Below are positions 18,955-28,707 of a stretch of 64,000 nt of DNA, one piece after another. A program made the position numbers and the translations under genes. The notes beneath the pieces were generated by a model. It ran no database searches. It saw nothing but the letters and a program-made list of their open reading frames with translations, and had not been told where the DNA came from. The stretch spans positions 146,395-210,394 of the forward strand of contig NZ_CANRKH010000001.1 of the NCBI RefSeq assembly GCF_947631165.1. The letters are read 5' to 3'. This stretch comes from an uncultured Dysosmobacter sp. GTDB lineage: Bacteria; Bacillota; Clostridia; Oscillospirales; Oscillospiraceae. Position 1 is the stretch's first letter. The number at the start of each line of letters is the position of its first letter.

Positions 18955-20945
18955 TTCTCGAAATAAGCGTCGATGGCATCTGTCAGCCGGCTTCGCACGG
19001 CCAGCACGTCGCTGCCGGCGACACGGCCTCCGGCGGTGGAGGAATTCCCGCCGCCGCCCAGAGCCTCCAGGATCACCTGGACGTTGATCTCGCCCAGAGA
19101 GCGGGCGGACATCAGCACATCCTCGCCGCTGCGGTAGAGCACGAAGGACGCCTTGACCCCCTTGAGGGTCAGCAGCTCGTCGGCGGCCTGGGCCGCCGTG
19201 ACCCGCTCCACGCCGTCCTGAGGCACCACCGCCAGGGCGATGTCCTCCCGATACAGCTCCGCCCGGCGGATAATGTCGTAACGGGAGACCATGTCGCTCA
19301 GGTCGTTCTGGAACAGGCGCTGGACGTCCGCCGTGTCGGCTCCCGCCCGGCGCAGGAACGCCGCCGCCTCAAAGGTGCGGCCGCCAGTGCGGAGGGAGAA
19401 GTGCTTGGTGTCCAGCACGATGCCCGCCAGCAGCGCCTCCGCTTCCTCCCGCAGGAGATCCGTCGGCTCCACCATGTATTGCAGCAGCTCCGTCACCAGT
19501 TCGGAGGCGGAGGAGGCATACGGCTCATGGAAGCTGAATGCCGCGTTCTCGATATATTTGGCCGCGCGGCGGTGGTGATCGATGACGGCGACCCGGTTGC
19601 AGGACTCCAGAAGCTGGGGGTTTTCCACCATATCCGGCCGGTTGGTGTCCACCACCACCAGCAGAGCTCCGGGGCGCATCTTCAAGAACGCGTCGCTGCC
19701 GGAGATGAACACATCTGCGTATTCTGGCATGGCCCGCAGCTTTTTCAGCACGGCCTCTGAAGCGTTGTGCTCCAGATCAATCACGATCTGCGCCCGTTTC
19801 CCCTGCCTTCTGGCGGCGCAGCAGATGCCTACGGCGGCGCCCACAGCATCCATATCCGCAAAGCTGTGGCCCATGACATAGATCTCCGTGGCGTCGGCCA
19901 CCAGCTCGCTGAGGGCGTTGGCCATGACCCGGGACTTGACCTTGGTGCGCTTTTCCGTGGTCTTGGCCCGGCCTCCATAAAAGGCAAAGTCCACACGGCC
20001 CCGGACTACCGCCTGGTCGCCGCCCCGGCTGAGGGCCATCTCCATAGACAGATTGGCGTTCTTATACAGCTCTGGGATGCTGTCAGCATCCTTGCCGATG
20101 CCGATGGACAGCGTGGGGTGGACGCCCTCCCCCACCTTGATATCCCGTATAGCATCCAGCACGGAAAACTTTTCTGCGGCGAAGTGGTCGTAATACTGCT
20201 CCTCAAACAGGAAGAGGTAGCGGTCCCGTTCGGTCTTGAGCAGCAGACCGTCGCCTGCCGCCGCCCAGTTGTTCAGTTTTTCGTCGATCTGGGCCAAAAC
20301 GGCGCTGCGGGCCGTGTCGGCACAGGCCTTCATCAGGTCCTCGTAATTGTCCACCATCAGCAGAGCCAGCACTGGGCGGGTCGCGGTATAGGTCTCCCGC
20401 AGCAGGTCGTCGTCGGTGGTGTCGACCCAATAGGTGGTGGCCACCAGATTCTGCTCTCCGCCGCGGCCCTTAGCCCGGACCAGGCTGCCGTAGACCCGGA
20501 AGCGGCGGTTGTTCATCAGGACCCGCTCCGGACATTCCTGCTTTCCCTCCAGCAGCCACTGTACAGGGAAGGCCGGCACCGCGTCCTCCACCTTCATCTC
20601 AAACAGGTGCTCCCGCACCCCCGCCAGCTGCAGGAAGTCCTCGTTGCTCCAGATGACCTCCCCGGTGTCGGGCCGGAACACCATAATGGGCAAGGGTGAA
20701 TTGATCAAGGTCGATTTGCTGGCGGTGTCCACGCTGCCGGTAACGCTGTCGATGTATTGCAGCACATTTTGACGGCGTTTCTGGTTGCTTTTGGAAAAAT
20801 AGAAGTACAGGATCACTGTAGCGGCCGCTTCCGCTGCCGCCAGCACCGGGCTCACCGGAACGGCGGCCGCCGCAAACAGCGCCAAGCACAGAAAGTACAG
20901 CTTCAAATTCGGTTCCAGCAGACGGGAGAGTTTTTTATTATTCAT
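18951..20945 (-). CDS. gdpP: GdpP-like DHH/DHHA1 phosphodiesterase (putative c-di-AMP phosphodiesterase)
   Basis: Two N-terminal TM helices, a central PAS/degenerate GGDEF-like region, a DHH motif (IDHHRR) and a C-terminal GGGGN where GGGH is expected. Conserved position upstream of rplI-dnaB. I take the start at MNNKKLS. Confidence 0.8.
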   Translation of the reverse strand: MNNKKLSRLLEPNLKLYFLCLALFAAAAVPVSPVLAAAEAAATVILYFYFSKSNQKRRQNVLQYIDSVTGSVDTASKSTLINSPLPIMVFRPDTGEVIWSNEDFLQLAGVREHLFEMKVEDAVPAFPVQWLLEGKQECPERVLMNNRRFRVYGSLVRAKGRGGEQNLVATTYWVDTTDDDLLRETYTATRPVLALLMVDNYEDLMKACADTARSAVLAQIDEKLNNWAAAGDGLLLKTERDRYLFLFEEQYYDHFAAEKFSVLDAIRDIKVGEGVHPTLSIGIGKDADSIPELYKNANLSMEMALSRGGDQAVVRGRVDFAFYGGRAKTTEKRTKVKSRVMANALSELVADATEIYVMGHSFADMDAVGAAVGICCAARRQGKRAQIVIDLEHNASEAVLKKLRAMPEYADVFISGSDAFLKMRPGALLVVVDTNRPDMVENPQLLESCNRVAVIDHHRRAAKYIENAAFSFHEPYASSASELVTELLQYMVEPTDLLREEAEALLAGIVLDTKHFSLRTGGRTFEAAAFLRRAGADTADVQRLFQNDLSDMVSRYDIIRRAELYREDIALAVVPQDGVERVTAAQAADELLTLKGVKASFVLYRSGEDVLMSARSLGEINVQVILEALGGGGNSSTAGGRVAGSDVLAVRSRLTDAIDAYFEK

Positions 20946-21051
20946 AGGCAAACACTCCTTATACCGCATGCTACGCATACTAATAGGTGTATAGTATATC
21001 ATTTTTATAAGTTGGGTGCAACGAAAATGTAAAAAAACCGTCCGCCACGCC

Positions 21052-21088
21052 AAAAAAACCAGCGCCGCCACAGGGGCGGCGCCGTGGG
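21052..21088 (-). terminator. Terminator of the LacI-family gene
   Basis: GCGCCGCC/GGCGGCGC stem, followed on the minus strand by TTTTTTT. Confidence 0.65.
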
Positions 21089-21188
21089 ATCACCGGTCCT
21101 TAGACCGTTCGATCCGGAAAAGGGCCGGGCGCGTGACGGCGCGGTTCCGTTCCATAATGGTTTTCCCTCTTTCCCTGTGGAAAAAGCC

Positions 21189-22211
21189 TCAGAGCGTCTC
21201 GGCGTTCAGGATGGGGCTGTCGGAGTAGAAGCAGTCCCGCTCCGGCAGCTTGTGCTCCGTCAGGGCCCGAAACAGCACCGACAGCGCCTGATAGCTCTGG
21301 TAGGCCAGGTCCTGGCCGATGGTAAAGTCCACCAGACCCTCTTTTAAAAACCGCTGGATGTCCGGCCCGTTGTCATGGGACAGGACGCGGACCCTGCCCG
21401 TCCGCCCCTGGCGGCGGATGGCCTCCACGCAGGCGGTGACGCTGAAGTTTGCCATGTAGATATACGCCAGGTCCGGGTCCTCCGCCAGAGCCGCCTCCAC
21501 GGCCCGCAGGGTCTCGTCATAGTCGTCATGGGTCGCAGCGATCCGGCAATCCTCCCGGCGGAAACCCAGATCCGCCAGCCGCTCCAGAAAACCGTCGGCC
21601 CGGGCCTTGTGTCCGGCGTAGGCGGGGCCGGCGTAGACCAGCAGCAGGGGATCTCCGGGCCGCAGGAATTTGGCGGCGATCTCCCCCGCCACCCGGCCCG
21701 CGTGGTGGGCGTCCTCCCCCACATAGCACAGCCGGGGCGCGGTGGGAATGTCGGAGTTGAAGGTGACCACAGGGATATGCCTGTCCGCCAGTTCCGCCAG
21801 CTTCTCCCGGGTCTCCCGGCTGTCGGACGCGCAGAGCGCCACCGCCTGGGCACCGTTCCCCACTTCCTCATCCAATATTTTCAGGCAGGCCTCCCCCTCT
21901 GGGGGATAGGTCCGCACATTGACGCTGACGTTGTAATCCCGGTGCTCCTCCCGGAAGCGGGTCACGCCCGCCCCCACCGCGTCGCCGATGTAGACCTTCC
22001 ACTCCGGCTGGATCACCGCCAGCCGCCGGGGCGTGCCGCTGGTGGCCAAAGCGCTGGCCATACGGTTGGGATGGTAATCCAGCTCCTCCATCACTTGAAG
22101 GATGCGGGTCCGCACCTCCTCCTTGACGTACGGCCGGTCGTGAAGGACCCGATCCACGGTGCCGATGGAGACCCCCGCCTTCTCTGCGATCATTTTGATG
22201 GTCGCCCGCAT
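21189..22211 (-). CDS. LacI-family transcriptional regulator
   Basis: N-terminal HTH ATIKMIAEKAGVSIGTVDRVL. The start at 22211 follows GAGGAGGAGG. Confidence 0.85.
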   Translation of the reverse strand: MRATIKMIAEKAGVSIGTVDRVLHDRPYVKEEVRTRILQVMEELDYHPNRMASALATSGTPRRLAVIQPEWKVYIGDAVGAGVTRFREEHRDYNVSVNVRTYPPEGEACLKILDEEVGNGAQAVALCASDSRETREKLAELADRHIPVVTFNSDIPTAPRLCYVGEDAHHAGRVAGEIAAKFLRPGDPLLLVYAGPAYAGHKARADGFLERLADLGFRREDCRIAATHDDYDETLRAVEAALAEDPDLAYIYMANFSVTACVEAIRRQGRTGRVRVLSHDNGPDIQRFLKEGLVDFTIGQDLAYQSYQALSVLFRALTEHKLPERDCFYSDSPILNAETL

Positions 22212-22583
22212 GATCCTCCTCCTCTGCATTATGTTAACGTGCACATCATATGCATTTTTGCAGGATTTGTCAAGTTCTTTTCCGCTGTTTATAGGCACAG
22301 TGAACATAGCCCAAAATTTTGGTATACAAATGCCCCAAAAGGTGATATACTATATCAGCTGAGCGTCGAGACGTGATCCGTCTCCGCTGTTTTCGTATTT
22401 TACCGTGAGACGCGCTTCTCCCGGTCAAATAGATCCAGAGCCTCATATGAAACGGGACATGACGTGACCGAATCCCTGCCGGCGAAACGGGGCCGCGCAG
22501 GCTACGGACGCCTGTTTTTTCCATGCGCTTTTTTCTGCGGAGGCTCCTCTACATATCCAAAACAAAGGAGTATTTCTATCACT

Positions 22584-24242
22584 ATGGCAGAAAAACTGAA
22601 GATCATTCCCCTGGGCGGTCTGAACGAGATCGGCAAAAACATGACCGCCTATGAGTACGGCGGCGAGATCATCGTGGTGGACTGCGGCATGGCCTTTCCC
22701 GGGGACGACATGTACGGCATCGATTCCATCATCCCTGACGTCACCTACCTCATCAAGAACCGCGCCCGCATCCGGGGCCTGTTCATAACCCACGGCCATG
22801 AGGACCATGTGGGAGCCATCCCCTATGTGCTCAAGCAGGTCAATATCCCCATTTACTGCACCCGCTTCACCGCCGGACTGATCCGGCTGAAGCTGGAGGA
22901 GCACCAGCTGGTGAAATCCACCAAGCTCATCACCGTGGACCCGGGCAAATCCGTCCGGGCAGGCAAATTCACCGTGGAATTCATCCATGTGAACCACTCC
23001 ATCGCCGACTCCGTGGCCTTTGCCATCCACACCAAGATGGGCATCGTGGTCCATACCGGCGACTTCAAGATCGACTCCACCCCTATCGACGGCGAGGTGA
23101 TCGACCTGGCCCGCTTCGGCGAGCTGGGCAAGGAGGGGGTCCTGGCGCTGTGCGCCGACTCCACCAATGTGGAGCGCCCCGGCTTCACCCCCTCGGAAAA
23201 GACGGTGGGCGCCACCTTTGCCCGCCAGTTCCAGAACTGCGATGAGCGCATCATCGTCACCACTTTCGCCTCCAACGTCCACCGCATCCAGCAGGTGCTG
23301 GACGCCGCCGCCCAGTGCGGGCGGAAGGTGGCCGTCACCGGCCGCAGCATGGAGAACATGATGAAGGTCTCCACGGAGCTGGGCTATATGAGGGTCCCCA
23401 AAAACACCCTGATGGACATCAGCAAGATCAAGAGCCTTCCCAAAAACAAGCAGGTCATCGTCACCACCGGCTCTCAGGGTGAGGAGATGAGCGCCCTGTA
23501 CCGCATGGCCTTTTCGACCCACAAGCAAGTGGAGCTGGGCGCGGGAGACAAGGTCATCATCTCCGCCTCCGCTATCCCCGGCAACGAGGTGACGGTGGGC
23601 CGGGTCGTCAACGAGCTGTTCCGCAAGGGCGTGAAGGTGGTCTACAACAAGGCCGATATGCTCCATGTCTCCGGCCACGCCTGCCAGGAGGAGCTGAAGA
23701 TCATTCACGCGCTGACGAAGCCCCGGTTCTTCATTCCTCTTCACGGCGAGCAGCGGATGCTGCAGATCCACAGCCAGCTTGCCCAGGACATGGGCATGGA
23801 CCGCAGCCACATCGCCATCGCGGACAACGGCTCCGTCATTGAGATGACCACCAAGACATTGAAGCTCAACGGCACCGTACCCTCCGGCGAGGTGTATGTG
23901 GACGGCAGCGGCGTGGGCGACGTGGGCGCCGTGGTGATGCGGGACCGCAAACGTCTGGCAGAGGACGGCATGGTGGTGGTCGTGCTGCCCATCTCCTCCC
24001 ACAACGGCGACCTGCTGGCGCCGCCGGAGATCATAACCCGGGGCTTCATCTATGTGAAGGAGTCCGGAGACCTGATGAAGGACCTGCAGACCGTGGCCAT
24101 GGACGCAGCGGATTCCATCTCCCGCCGGCGCGGGCGGGACGACGGCGAGCTGCGGGGCGCGGTAAAGTCTGCCGTCAGCAGCTATCTGTTCAAAAACACC
24201 AAGCGCAGTCCCATGGTCATCCCCGTTGTGACCCGGCTGTAA
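22584..24242 (+). CDS. rnj: Ribonuclease J
   Basis: 552 aa from MAEKLKIIPLGGLNEIGKN. Beta-lactamase motif HGHEDHVGA. RBS AAAGGAG. Confidence 0.92.
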   Translation: MAEKLKIIPLGGLNEIGKNMTAYEYGGEIIVVDCGMAFPGDDMYGIDSIIPDVTYLIKNRARIRGLFITHGHEDHVGAIPYVLKQVNIPIYCTRFTAGLIRLKLEEHQLVKSTKLITVDPGKSVRAGKFTVEFIHVNHSIADSVAFAIHTKMGIVVHTGDFKIDSTPIDGEVIDLARFGELGKEGVLALCADSTNVERPGFTPSEKTVGATFARQFQNCDERIIVTTFASNVHRIQQVLDAAAQCGRKVAVTGRSMENMMKVSTELGYMRVPKNTLMDISKIKSLPKNKQVIVTTGSQGEEMSALYRMAFSTHKQVELGAGDKVIISASAIPGNEVTVGRVVNELFRKGVKVVYNKADMLHVSGHACQEELKIIHALTKPRFFIPLHGEQRMLQIHSQLAQDMGMDRSHIAIADNGSVIEMTTKTLKLNGTVPSGEVYVDGSGVGDVGAVVMRDRKRLAEDGMVVVVLPISSHNGDLLAPPEIITRGFIYVKESGDLMKDLQTVAMDAADSISRRRGRDDGELRGAVKSAVSSYLFKNTKRSPMVIPVVTRL

Positions 24243-24481
24243 CGCAGGCCGCAAAAGGCCGGAGGGCAGCAGCTCTACGGTCTTTTATAGTCGGCACAGT
24301 TGAAAAGACCCTAAAAAAGTCTTTTCCATGCAATGTTGCACAGCAGCATTGCATAGCCGCATACGCGGTCCTCTGTGCCTGACTTCATGGGAAACGCATA
24401 TGCGCTTTGCGCATCGACGGACCAGCGGTCCGTCGGTTGAAAAGGAGTACTTTCTTCTTTTCACCCGCGTTGACTGTATCA

Positions 24482-24519
24482 AGAGCGCCCGGACCGAAGC
24501 TCGGTCCGGGCGCTCTTTT
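24482..24519 (+). terminator. Strong 16-bp stem terminator
   Basis: AGAGCGCCCGGACCGA/TCGGTCCGGGCGCTCT, followed by TTTT on the plus strand. Confidence 0.75.
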
Positions 24520-24530
24520 GACGAATGAAC

Positions 24531-25181
24531 TTATGATCCTTCCAGGCTGTCTCCGTCCTTCGGAGCGGTCTCCGGCATATACTTGCGAAACGCCCGCTCC
24601 ATGGGCAGGGACCAGAACAGCGCCGCGGCGCAGGGCATCACCATCACCGGCAGCCACAGCATCCAGATGGAGACGGCCGCCAGGGCCGCCACGACCACCA
24701 CCGCCAGCGTATAGGGCAGATAGCCGATGGCAAACCGCAGGGACGCTGTCACCAGTCCCATCGGGCGGAAGGTGAACCGCGACAGCAGGGGAAAGCTCCA
24801 GCACATGGCTCCCAGCGGCAGCAGCGACGCCACACAGAACGCGACCAGCAGCACCGCCTCCCCCTTTGCGTCCGCCGCCTGCATCCGCCAGAGCAGCTGC
24901 AGGATGGCCAGCAGCGCCGCCAGTACCGCGCCCCAGAGCACCGTGACCACGGCAGAGACTCCCAATTCCCGGCGGAAGGTGCGCAGAAAGCGCTTCCAGG
25001 GAGAGCGGTCCCCGCCCCGTATCCCACGGGCCGCCGCGTCATACAGGGCGGCGGTGGCGGCACCCAGCGTGACGACCGGCAGGGAGCAGAAAGCCCACAG
25101 CAGGCTCAGGGACAGCAGATCCACCAGACGGCACAGCCAGGGCCATATGCCCCGCTCCGGGTCAAACAACGGCGAGGCCAT
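24531..25181 (-). CDS. DUF624/YesL-family membrane protein
   Basis: I take the start at MASPLFDP. The WLCRLVDLLSLSLLW...VTLGAATAALY pattern is typical of YesL-like proteins found next to sugar ABC systems. Confidence 0.7.
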   Translation of the reverse strand: MASPLFDPERGIWPWLCRLVDLLSLSLLWAFCSLPVVTLGAATAALYDAAARGIRGGDRSPWKRFLRTFRRELGVSAVVTVLWGAVLAALLAILQLLWRMQAADAKGEAVLLVAFCVASLLPLGAMCWSFPLLSRFTFRPMGLVTASLRFAIGYLPYTLAVVVVAALAAVSIWMLWLPVMVMPCAAALFWSLPMERAFRKYMPETAPKDGDSLEGS

Positions 25182-25185
25182 CGGC

Positions 25186-25857
25186 TCACACCAGCTCCGG
25201 CACCAGCTTGGCCAGCGTTTCCGCCAAGCGGGCATGACCGGCCTTTGTCAGGTGCATGAAATCGATCTGGTTGAATTCGCAGCCCACCTCGTTGGTATCC
25301 AGAAAATGGACGCCATTCTCAGCGGCGACCCGGCGGAATTCCGCCGGGACCCGGCGGGATTTCTCCGCACAGGAGGGCCCCATGGTCCCCATTTCATCAG
25401 CCACTGGAGAAGTGAGGACCCCTTCGCTGATAATGGGCGGCGCCATGACCAGAATATTGGGCTTTCCAGCCGGTCCCCAGCAGTCCACGGTCTTGGCCTT
25501 CTGGATCAGGCGGCGCATCCCAAGCCCGATGGCAAAGGGGTTGACCCCGAAGCGCTCCTTGGTATCGTTGGTGCCCAGCATGATGATGAGCAGACTCACC
25601 GGCTCGTGGCTCTTCAGGCAGGGATATAGGTAGTGGATCGCGTCCAATCCCTCATACAGAGGGTCCTCAAAGACCGTGGTGCGGCCGGAGAGGCCCTCCT
25701 CCACCACCAAATATTCGTCCCCCAGCGCCTTTTGCAGCAGGCAGGTCCAGCGCTCGTTCTCATTGAAGCGAGCCAGAGCGGGGTCGGCGCAGTCGTTAGG
25801 GTCGGCACAGTAGCCGTGGGTGTTGGAGTCGCCCAGGCAGATGATATGCTTTTTCAT
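25186..25857 (-). CDS. SGNH/GDSL hydrolase (candidate sialate O-acetylesterase)
   Basis: SGNH blocks GDSNTHG, GLSGR, GTND and DFMHL. Located in the nan locus. Confidence 0.75.
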   Translation of the reverse strand: MKKHIICLGDSNTHGYCADPNDCADPALARFNENERWTCLLQKALGDEYLVVEEGLSGRTTVFEDPLYEGLDAIHYLYPCLKSHEPVSLLIIMLGTNDTKERFGVNPFAIGLGMRRLIQKAKTVDCWGPAGKPNILVMAPPIISEGVLTSPVADEMGTMGPSCAEKSRRVPAEFRRVAAENGVHFLDTNEVGCEFNQIDFMHLTKAGHARLAETLAKLVPELV

Positions 25858-25874
25858 TGCGTCTCTCCACCTTC

Positions 25875-27254
25875 TTATTTGATCTCCGGCAGGCTGGCGG
25901 CGGCGGCTGACTGACCCACGCGGCGGAACTTTTCGTCCGGCAGGGTCGGATCGATGGCGGCGGCCACCTCCGGATACTCGTCCGCCAAAACGCTCTTGCA
26001 GGTGGCGAGGATCAGATCGCCGCCCCGGCCGGACATGACCCGGCCCAGCAGCAGCACATGCTTGAAGCGATACAGATCGAAATACAGCGCCAGGGAGTGG
26101 GCCAGATACACGCCGATGGAGCGGTAGATGGCCTCGGCGGGGCTGCCCTCGGTCTCCATCAGCTTTTGGACCTCCTTCAGCTTCTCGGCGGGAGACAGCT
26201 CCTCCGCCAGATGGATGCCAGCGGCGGGAGCCAGCTTGATGACCGCGTCCTGTGAGAAGTACTTCACGCCGCAGCCGATGTCGCCGGACCACTCGTCCCG
26301 CATGGCGGTGGGAGCGGCGTCCACGGGGACAAACGCCAACTCATTGAGCCAGCCGGTGATGCGGCCCTGGTCGTCCACATAGCCCACGGCCTCACTGGTC
26401 CCCATGGCGATGCCCAGCACGTTGTTGTCCTCCAGGCTCATGGTGCCCGCCAGCGCGGACACGTCGCCGTCGTTGACCACGGCGTACGGCACATCGCCGA
26501 AGGTATCGGTGATGGCGCGGATATAGATGTCCTTCACCTTGGCGTCGAACAGGTCCTTGGGGACCTGCAGAAACAGAGAGGCGTTCATGGTGCGGTTGTT
26601 GATATACACGCCGGCGGAGGAAACGCCCACGGCGTCAACCCGGGGCATATGCTCGGCGGCGGACTTCAGGGCGGAGACGATGCCGTTATAGTGGTAATCC
26701 GGGTCCGCCGTGACCTTGGGGAACCAAACCACCTCTTCGCTGTAAACGCTCTCGCCGTCGATGACGGCGGAGACCTTCCGGTCGCTGCCGCCGGCGTCAA
26801 AGCCGATGCGGCAGCCCTCCAGATGGCCGCCCATGGCCTTGGGGCAATCCTTGGCCTGGGGGACCTGGTCCACCAGCACCACCTCAAAGGGATGCTCAAA
26901 GACATTGGCCATATAGTCCCAGTCAAAGGCCTGACAGCCTTCGGCGCTGTACGCCTCCCGCAGATATTCGTAAATGCCCTGGTCGCCGGACACGTAGATC
27001 TTGAAGCCGCCCTTCATCCAGAGCATGGTCTTGACGACCCGGTTGACGTAGTAGCGGTCCGCCTGGGCCAGCTCCTCCGTGCCGTGGATAAAGGTCTGGC
27101 ACACGGCCATCTGCCCGTCGGCCCTTTCAACGGCCAGGCCCAGGGGCTTCTTCGCGTCCTTCAAAAACGCCTGGTTGAACTGGTGCAGCGGGACAAAGGC
27201 AGGGTCCAGCTCAGGCACATGGCGGGGGTTCACTTCGATTCCATAACAATTCAT
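25875..27254 (-). CDS. ROK-like/ASKHA sugar kinase with an N-terminal extension (putative N-acetylhexosamine kinase)
   Basis: GFDAGGSDRK, VGVSSAGV and VNDGDVSALAG are ROK-like, but I saw no CxCGxxGC zinc motif. Start at MNCYGIE follows GGAGG. About 150 aa precede the kinase fold. Confidence 0.65.
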   Translation of the reverse strand: MNCYGIEVNPRHVPELDPAFVPLHQFNQAFLKDAKKPLGLAVERADGQMAVCQTFIHGTEELAQADRYYVNRVVKTMLWMKGGFKIYVSGDQGIYEYLREAYSAEGCQAFDWDYMANVFEHPFEVVLVDQVPQAKDCPKAMGGHLEGCRIGFDAGGSDRKVSAVIDGESVYSEEVVWFPKVTADPDYHYNGIVSALKSAAEHMPRVDAVGVSSAGVYINNRTMNASLFLQVPKDLFDAKVKDIYIRAITDTFGDVPYAVVNDGDVSALAGTMSLEDNNVLGIAMGTSEAVGYVDDQGRITGWLNELAFVPVDAAPTAMRDEWSGDIGCGVKYFSQDAVIKLAPAAGIHLAEELSPAEKLKEVQKLMETEGSPAEAIYRSIGVYLAHSLALYFDLYRFKHVLLLGRVMSGRGGDLILATCKSVLADEYPEVAAAIDPTLPDEKFRRVGQSAAAASLPEIK

Positions 27255-27367
27255 CTTCCATACCTCCACATCAGAAATCAGAGCGGGCACTTCATGTTCT
27301 TGTATCATATCACACCACGGACAGCTTGTCACCATGGATTGATAATTATTTTCACGATTTATTTTTA

Positions 27368-27396
27368 TTGAAAATTTCTTTCTCATTTGCTAGAAT
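27368..27396 (+). promoter_or_regulatory. Sigma-A-like promoter for the epimerase gene
   Basis: TTGAAA (27368-27373), 17-nt spacer, TAGAAT (27391-27396). Confidence 0.5.
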
Positions 27397-27437
27397 AGAT
27401 TTGTGCTCCCGCGGCGCACCGCGGACTATTTTTTGAA

Positions 27438-28661
27438 ATGAGGTGTGTTCCATTGGATACAAGGCAATTGCTTCAGGAAAGCCGTTCCTGGATCCAGGAC
27501 CAACTGGATACCTGCGTGGATTTTTGGCTGAAAAACGGAATGGACAAGACCCATGGCGGCGTTTACACCTGTCTGGACCGGAAGGGCGAGATCTACTCCA
27601 CTGACAAAAGCGTGTGGATGCAGGGCCGCTGCGGATGGATCTTCGCCTATCTGTGCCACGTATACGGTCCCAAACCGGAGTGGCTGGCAGCTTCCAAGAG
27701 CTGCATCGACTTTCTGGAGGACCACTGCCGCAATCCCCAGGCGGGCAACCGGCTGTATTTCACCGTCACCGAGGACGGCCAACCCCTGCGGCAGCGGCGC
27801 TATTATTTCTCCGAAGCCTTTTACGCCCTGGCCAACGCCGAGTACTACGGCGTCACCGGCGAGGCGGAGCATTTAAAGCGCGCCCGCTGGGCCTATGACC
27901 TGTACTGGAATCTGGCCCACGGCGCGCCGGACCCCACGGGCCTGGGGCCCAAAACCATTTCCGATACCCGCACCGGCCGCGCCTTCGGCACGCCCATGAT
28001 CATTCTGAACGTCACTGGCGTGATGCTGCGGGTCGACCCGGAGCGGAAGGCCCTGTATGAGGAGCGCGCCCAGGCCTGTGTGGATGAGATCTTTAGATAC
28101 CACGTCCACCCGGAGTTGAAGTGCGTGCTGGAAAACGTGGCCGAGGACGGCACTCCCCGCCTGTATTACACCGAGGGCCGCACCGTCAATCCTGGTCACG
28201 ACATTGAGGGCGTCTGGTTCCTGCTGGAGCACGCCCAGCGCACCGGCGACCGGGAGCTGGTGAAAAAAGCGGTCCAGATCTTCGACTGGGCCATTGAGGC
28301 TGGCTGGGACAAGGAGTACGGCGGACTGCTGTACTTTACCGACTGCCTGGGCAAGCCCCCCGAGGCCTATGAGCACGACATGAAGCTGTGGTGGCCCCAC
28401 GACGAGATCCTGATCTCCTCCATGATGATCTATCGGGACACCGGCGACGAAGCGTATCTGGAGTGGTTCAAAAAGACCTTGGATTACTGCAAGGCCCACT
28501 TTGCCGATCCGGAGTACGGCGAGTGGTACGGCTACCTGCGGCGGGACGGCCTGCCCACAATGCCTTCCACCAAAGGCTCCACCTTCAAGGGTCCCTTCCA
28601 CCTGCCCCGAATGCTCATCATGGTGGACACCATGATCGGCGAGATCTTGGATCGGGCCTGA
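27438..28661 (+). CDS. N-acylglucosamine 2-epimerase (AGE/RenBP family)
   Basis: 407 aa with an (alpha/alpha)6-type pattern: DFWL.NG.D..HGG.Y..LDR.G....TDK.VW.QGR. An in-frame TTG at 27453 has a better SD (GAGGTG) than the ATG at 27438. Confidence 0.8.
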   Translation: MRCVPLDTRQLLQESRSWIQDQLDTCVDFWLKNGMDKTHGGVYTCLDRKGEIYSTDKSVWMQGRCGWIFAYLCHVYGPKPEWLAASKSCIDFLEDHCRNPQAGNRLYFTVTEDGQPLRQRRYYFSEAFYALANAEYYGVTGEAEHLKRARWAYDLYWNLAHGAPDPTGLGPKTISDTRTGRAFGTPMIILNVTGVMLRVDPERKALYEERAQACVDEIFRYHVHPELKCVLENVAEDGTPRLYYTEGRTVNPGHDIEGVWFLLEHAQRTGDRELVKKAVQIFDWAIEAGWDKEYGGLLYFTDCLGKPPEAYEHDMKLWWPHDEILISSMMIYRDTGDEAYLEWFKKTLDYCKAHFADPEYGEWYGYLRRDGLPTMPSTKGSTFKGPFHLPRMLIMVDTMIGEILDRA

Positions 28662-28707
28662 CGGCCCCCGGTTTTTGCAAACATCAAACGTAAGAGGAGG
28701 CACTTCC

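Noticed and set aside
22443-24254. 603-aa minus-strand ORF antisense to RNase J. Similar very long antisense or off-frame ORFs occur elsewhere, for example 38601..42104 (+), 16613..18694 (+), 31020..33179 (-), 61050..63071 (+) and 3883..4893 (+).
   Set aside because: Their translations are low-complexity and rich in Gly, Ala, Arg, His and Asp, typical of stop-free shadow frames in high-GC coding DNA. Each lies opposite or out of frame with a gene that has clear family motifs and a proper RBS.
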